DNA of 62,119 bases, counting the filler. It is 11 parts of 11 records of this genome, joined end to end, with 100 filler letters (N's around TTAATTAATTAA, not from the genome) between each part and the next. Parts side by side here need not be neighbours in the genome. Positions count along the whole stretch, not along the records: positions 53,146 to 58,476 come from SRR15195285_480; positions 58,577 to 62,119 come from SRR15195285_485; 9 more parts are not named here. The stretch is one strand, 5' to 3'. The translations under genes and the position numbers were made by a program. How positions within the stretch are numbered: position 1 is the stretch's first letter; the number at the start of each line of letters is the position of its first letter. Shown piece after piece: positions 56,101 to 62,119 of the stretch. The notes under the pieces are model-generated. The model had not been told where the DNA came from and ran no database searches. It was given only the letters and a program-made list of their open reading frames with translations.

Positions 56101-57698
56101 AGTACATTGTTTCCTTCGGCGTTGATCGTCCAAGTTATCACCTTGCCGTCGCCACCCGCGCTCAGGATTGAATTGCCGTCGTTGCGCATACAGAAGGCTC
56201 TGCACCACGAGGCGTGTGCATCAGTAATTTCTGCAACGGCGAGCTTGTCCTCATAAATTGTGATGTTGCCATTCGGCCCCCCAGCCACCACGCGAGGCAC
56301 TGTCGCGAGGTAGGCCACGTGCAAAACGTCCTGCTGGGTGGTCGAGCCGAAAGCGCCTCCTTGTTCCTCCAAGCCGGCCGCACCGTCATGAGTCCAGAAC
56401 GTGATGTGGTTCACCCCACCAGTTACAAAATCGGAGAAGTGACCTGTTGGTGTACCTGCATACGGGTTCCACTCCAGGCAGTAAACTTGCGGCGGTGTGC
56501 CCCGCTTGCCTATTGCCGTGGCCAGCGGCCTGTCGACACCGTCCTCCCTGCAGTCTCGCCATTTCCAGATGTTGATAGTGTGCTCATTGTCTGTCGAGAC
56601 AGTTGCCAAGTAATCGCCGGTGTCTCTCTGCGAGAATCCCATGCACTGGACTGCACGCTGGCCGTACGGCAGCCTGATGTCGATTGGTTCCTCTCTACCT
56701 TCGGGTCCGGGGTCCTTGTCGCGGTCTGTCACGCCCTCTGCTGACCAAATGTAGACCACTGGCTCCGCGCCAACCTGTCCGGTAGCGACCGTGTCCCGAT
56801 CCTTATGGATCGTGATGCACTGCACGTCGTCGTCGTGCCGCAGGAAAAACTTCTGCGTGTTGGTGTCCTTCTCGTATACAATGCCGACAGCGGCCGTGTA
56901 GTACACGACGGCACCTCGCTTGGTGTAGAACAGGTTCGGGGCGGTGTTCTTCAGGCCGGAGTACCCGTACACGTGTTCCAGCTTCAGGTAGGCGTCCGGC
57001 TTGCACGTGGATGCCTTGCATTTCTCCTGGCACTCGTCCTTCCAGTCGGACGGTGCGTACACGCCCCGCTTGTTGGGACGCGCCTTGATCATGCCCTGGT
57101 GACCCCAGTGCGCTGGCTGATCCTTGCGGAACGGCTGGCTACGGCTGCCCTCGAGGGCTGCAACGTGTGCGGCGTTCTCGAACAGCCGGCGCGCGAAGAG
57201 CTCGTATGGCATGCGCCCCTGTGCGTCGTGCCCGTACTTGCGGAAGATCGCCTTCGCCTCCGACGGTATCAGCGGGAACCGCAGCCCCCGCTGCAGGGCT
57301 TTGATGAACTTGTCCACTGAGATGCGGCCGGTCCTGCGCGAGCCGCCGTGGTCACCCTTCGCCAGCACGTTGACCAGGAAGACGCGCCCCAGCGCGTGAC
57401 GATCCTTCCTTCGCTGCACCACATCCCTCAGCATCCTCTCCAGCTCCAGCACGCGAGATTTCTTGACCTCCTGCTCTCTGCGAGCTCGCGTGTCCGCCGC
57501 AGGGTCAGCTCGCGGGGCGTCTGGGCGGCGGGGGAGCGTGTGCTCAGGCGGAGGCGCGGCGCGAGGGGATGCTTACCCGGGCTGGACAGCGAGCAGCCCT
57601 TTAGACTCCCACTCTCCGTGCGCACTGCCGTACATGGCATCAGACCTACGAGATCCCGCAAGCGCAGCGAACCTCAGCGGCAGAGCACCCCGCGACAT
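53146..57698 (-). CDS. EML/EMAP-like microtubule-associated WD40 protein with N- and C-terminal EF-hand lobes (3'-partial)
   Basis: HELP motif LKLEHVYGY...NLFY...VYYTAAVG; WD40 motifs HDDDVQC, GHSSFVKHVDWS, LGFEVMGIW, GHSSHVENVRF; EF loops DLNRDGELQAEE, DKDGSGGISEIE, DSNPDGRIGFDE, DSDRSGDLE, DINNDQSLSKEE. First intron 57576..57478; in-frame intron 53517..53401; ATG at 57698 or 57635. Confidence 0.9.
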
Positions 57699-58399
57699 GT
57701 GCGGACAGCATCACGGATCCAGTGCGAAGCATGACAACTCCGCTAGGGAACAAAAGAAAGCGACCTGCTGGCTGCACGGACTGCCGGGGCCGGACTAATC
57801 ACACGGTGTATGGCAAAGACTGCAGACACTATCTACAGCGTGTTTCCTCCCCCAGCAGCCCCCTAGCCTAGCCTAACAACGCCGTGAAAAGAGCGCCAAA
57901 ACGCGACCGCTGCTGACCAGATCCACACGTGTCTATAGACAAGCTGTCGACAGCAATCCGCGATAACACCCACATGGCTACCCGCTACTATCTCTAGAGA
58001 GCTGCTGTTTAGGCTTGCTACCCGCCGATCGAGTGGCTGTGACGGCGGAGTGAAGCCTGTGCTGGCAGCAGGCACGGGTGAGAACACCCACTGACTGCCA
58101 GCAAGCGGCAGCAATAGCTGCTCGTCTATCGCTCCTGCACAGCTCCTCCATCCTTCCTATCTCTCTCTCTCATCCCTAGCGATTCTAACCGCGCCTCTAC
58201 CGCTCCTACAACTGCTCCTGTGCGGTAAGTGCGCCTCAATAGCTCTCGTGCAGCAGCGTCGTATCTACCGTGTGCATACAATACAGGAGATTTCTACGTA
58301 CAGCACAGTAGAGAAGACAGAGACAGACACAGAGGCGGCGGCAGCCACACCACACCACAGTGCAGTACAGTGCAGTACAGAGCGGTGTGGCCACAGTAG

Positions 58400-58476
58400 A
58401 GAAGACAGACAGACAAACAGCCAGCCAGACAGACACACAGACGATAGGCAGGCAGACAGACAGACAGACAGACAGA
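58400..58476. repeat. (AGAC)n-type microsatellite at contig end
   Basis: Direct reading. Confidence 0.85.
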
Positions 58477-58576
58477 NNNNNNNNNNNNNNNNNNNNNNNN
58501 NNNNNNNNNNNNNNNNNNNNTTAATTAATTAANNNNNNNNNNNNNNNNNNNNNNNNNNNNNNNNNNNNNNNNNNNN
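58477..58576. other. Artificial contig-join spacer
   Basis: N44-TTAATTAATTAA-N44. Confidence 0.99.
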
Positions 58577-61500
58577 GACAGCAGCCCATGCCAGAACGGC
58601 GCCACGTGCACCGAGTCGAGTGTGGAGTCGAGTGTGTCATTCCATGCGTATCAGTGCACATGTGTGGCTGGCTTCGCGAACGGTGTATGCGAGTATGGGA
58701 ACATTGAGCAGTACGACGACGCATGCAACGTGGTCGAAAGCACTGCCAGCTTAAACCTGGGTGGCGACTGTGACGTAGATGTCGACGAGTGTGTCAGCAC
58801 ACCGTGCCAAAACGGCGCCGCGTGTGTTGAAGAGTCCGTCGATGGGTACCGGTGTGAGTGTGCCGAAGGTTTTACTGGACTGAACTGCGATAGTGATATC
58901 GATGAATGCGAAACACACACATGCGAAAACGGTGGCACCTGCTTCGAATCGGGCGACGGCTTGTTGGACGCTTTGAGCTGGCAAACAGGATTAACCATCA
59001 TCCGCGACTCGCCGGATCTTGCATACGATGGTGCATTCTGGAATGCAACTGCACCCATGTACGACAACGGAAACGCGGTGTCGCACGCTTTCTATAGCAC
59101 ACCCGTTGGCCGAATTCGCATCACTGTAGACGGGTTTAGCCGTACGTTTGACATTGGCGGGAACGACAGAACTCTGCGCGACCTTGTTAACGCAGTATCC
59201 ACTCAGTCTGAGGCGAGTGGAGATCGCGCAGATTGGTTCCAGCTTGCAGACGAGCTGGGCTGTGAGCCTTCGGATGGAATTGGTTTCAATGTCAACGCAC
59301 AAGGGGACTCTAGCTCGTCTCGAGTACGGATTGGATGGAGTGCCTCGTCCTACACATGTGATGGCTTCCATGACATCGCGTATGGAGCTGGACTGACGGC
59401 CTTCGGATCAGCTGGCTCAGCTGCTGGACGCATACAGTGGACACGCGCTGGCACAAGCGCAGTGTTCCAGCAAGTACTCGTGGAGGTGTATGGCCGTACG
59501 GCAACACCACCCGGATCTTTCACCTGCTTGTGCGCGGATGGATTTGCTGATGGAGTTTGCGACTACAACTACATTCTGCCTTACGCTGAGCAGTGCACAC
59601 GGCAGCAGGGCAGCTGCAGCATCGACGTCGACGAATGCGCCAGCGTCCCATGTGACAACGGAGGTGTGTGCACAGCAGATGTTCTGGTACACAGCAACTA
59701 CACCTGCGAATGTGCCGCCGGTTTCGAAGGCGACAACTGCGCCGAGGATACTGACGAATGCGGCACCGACCCGTGCTTGAATGGCGCCACTTGCGCCCAA
59801 GGCGTGGACTCGTACAGCTGCGACTGTCCAGCTGGGTGGGCAGGTGCGACCTGTGCTGATGATGTCGATGAATGCTTGAGTCATCCTTGTCATCGGGGGG
59901 CCGATTGCACAGAATCGAACCAGGACTCCTCTGTTCCCATCGACACATACACGTGTGCATGCGAACCTGGCTTCGAGAGCAGCCAAGGCACGTTCGGAGG
60001 AAACTGCGATGTTGACGCCAACGAGTGTGAAAGCAACCCATGCCAGAACGACGCTGTTTGCGTTGAGTCCTCCACGGAAGAGACCGTGTTGCCTGATGCT
60101 TACAGGTGCATCTGTGGATCGGGCTTCGCGAATGGTTTCTGCGAATATGAATTTTTGTCTGAGTACACAACTGAGTGCGGTGTGCAAGAGAGCACTGCAA
60201 GCATTGCACTGAGCGGCAATTGCGATATTGATGTCAACGAATGCGACAGCAGCCCCTGTGCGAACAGTGCTGTGTGCGTCGAGTCAACGGCAGATGGCTC
60301 TGTTGCATATGATGCATATCAATGTGCCTGCAACGAAGGCTATTCAAATGGCATGTGCAATTACGATTTCGTTAGTCAGTATGCCACGGATTGCACTGTC
60401 GCAGACAGCCGCCAGGTGGCAGAACTAAGTGGCAACTGCGATATCGACCTCAACGAATGTATCAGCACACCGTGTCAGAATGGTGCTCGGTGCATCGAAT
60501 CGACGCTCGACCCGACCGTGTCAGTGAATAGCTACCAGTGCTTGTGCACAGCTGGCTTCGCGAACGGCCTATGCGACTACGCGGTTATTTCGTCGTATGA
60601 AACTGAGTGTGCTGTCACAGAGAGCAGTATGAACGGTGCATACACTGGCAACTGCGACATCGACGTGAATGAATGCAACAGCAGCCCATGTGACAATGGG
60701 GCCGACTGCCAAGAGTCAATATCAGATAGATCTGTTTCGTACGATGCCTATCGATGCCTGTGCAGTCCTGGTTTTGCGAATGGTATGTGTAGCTATGAAT
60801 TCGTGGCACAAGTGGATACCGAGTGCAACGTCATGGAGAGCACCGTGGATGCTGCACTTGATGGCAACTGCGATGTCGACGTTGACGAATGTGCCAGCCG
60901 CCCGTGTACCAACGGTGCAATATGCAGGGAATCCAACGTGGATTCTGTCATCTCGTACGACGCATATCAGTGCGAGTGCAGAGCTGGTTTTGCAAACGGT
61001 CTCTGCAGCTATGGGTTCGTTGCCAACTACACTGAGCAATGCAGTGTTGCAGAAAGCAGTGCAAGTGCTGCTTACAGCGGCAACTGTGACCTGGATGTCG
61101 ACGAATGCGCCAGCCACCCATGTCAGAACGGCGCAAACTGTGTCTCTTCCGCTGACTCAGCCAACGTCGACTACCACGAGTACATTTGCTTGTGCACACC
61201 AGGATACACAAACGGCCTGTGTGACTACCCGCTGCTTCGGATGTACGCCGACGAGTGCTCTTCGACTGGTGGAAACTGCGATGCCACCGTGGACGAATGC
61301 CTGAGCCTCCCCTGCATGAACGGTGCCGAGTGTGTTAATGGCGACGATGATTATCAGTGTAGCTGCACCAGTGGTTTCACCTCAGAGGAGTCTGGGAACT
61401 GTGAAGTCGATGTAGACGAATGTGAGAGCTCCCCGTGTCGGCATGGAGCTGTTTGTACCGAATCGTCCGTCGACCCGTCAGTCTCGTTTGATTCCTATCG

Positions 61501-62119
61501 ATGCACGTGTGCTGCTGGCTTCGCGGACGGTGTGTGTTCCTCAAGTGCGTCAGCCGGAGGATATGTTGCTCTGTGTCAAGTCATGGACAGCTCATTTGCG
61601 GACGGCGAGTTGTTGACTGGAAACTGTAATGTAGACGTGGACGAATGTGCGAGCCAACCGTGTCAGAACAATGCCACGTGCACATCTGCAATCGACGTGT
61701 ACTCATGCTACTGTCGTGATGGCTACGCGAACGGGAGATGCGACTACGACTACATGCTTGAATACGCCCTGCAGTGCAACGTCTTTTCGTCGGTAGCGAG
61801 CTCCACATATTCCGGCAACTGTGATGTTCACGTCAACGAATGTGCCAGTTCTCCATGCCTGAATGGTGGTACTTGTTTCGAGGGGGTCTCGCACTGGGTA
61901 TGTGGGTGTCCCGCCGGGTACAGCGGTGATTTCTGCGAGCAGACGGCACAGATGTGTGTCCCTGAAGAGTCCACATGCGATCCTGAAAACGGCATTTGCG
62001 TGCATCTAGGTCCCGGGCAACACAGTTGTTCTTGTCAGATTGGTTGGACTGGCGATGGTGTTGCTTGCGATGACGTTGATGAGTGCAGCAGCAACCCTTG
62101 CCAAAACGGGGGCGTATGT
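58577..62119 (+). CDS. Internal fragment of a very large Ca-binding EGF-repeat (Notch/fibropellin-like) protein; absent from the ORF track because no stop is reached in the window
   Basis: Frame from 58577 reads DSSPCQNGATC...DVDECVSTPCQNG... About 18 D(V/I)(D/N)EC-x3-PC-x-NG repeats over 1181 codons; no stop seen. Confidence 0.92.

Noticed and set aside
6454-58576. Regularly recurring TTAATTAATTAA flanked by Ns as a biological repeat or CRISPR-like array
   Set aside because: It is an identical 100-bp six-frame-stop linker added during concatenation; ORFs ending in X...LIN are artefacts.
1-62119. Prokaryotic operon, defence island, CRISPR array, rRNA or tRNA genes
   Set aside because: Genes carry spliceosomal introns and eukaryote-specific domains; no repeat-spacer array or recognisable structural RNA was seen by eye.

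Overview
This is not one continuous locus. It is 11 short eukaryotic contigs (about 3.3-9.6 kb) joined by an artificial 100-bp spacer (N44-TTAATTAATTAA-N44), so adjacency across spacers means nothing. The DNA is GC-rich and gene-dense, with short GT-AG spliceosomal introns. By inference it resembles a draft or single-cell/metagenome assembly of a protist rich in secreted carbohydrate-active enzymes. About 20 genes or gene fragments can be rebuilt by hand-splicing: ARM, ankyrin and EF-hand proteins; a DUF4203 plus double tetraspanin-like membrane protein; beta-propeller, GH63-like and GH65 glycosidases; an S1 sulfatase; an FtsH lacking its protease domain; a class II HDAC; a class III aminotransferase; two SDRs; a DOMON/copper-monooxygenase-like protein; a PAN-domain protein; a giant SAM-Roc-kinase-TIR protein; ATAD2; an EML-EF-hand fusion; and a long EGF-repeat protein missing from the ORF track. 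The most notable observations are: (1) two introns of the GH65 gene that carry the same element in opposite orientations (candidate bidirectional introner); (2) the SAM-Roc-kinase-TIR protein with two degenerate kinases and an apparently circularly permuted TIR; (3) a heme-type DOMON inserted in a putative type-II copper monooxygenase; (4) a MITE-like inverted-repeat element upstream of the HDAC; (5) an in-frame TAG in the GH63-like gene that can also act as a splice acceptor; (6) a TACTAGTA palindrome enriched in intergenic DNA. All family assignments come from recognising motifs by eye; no database searches were run.
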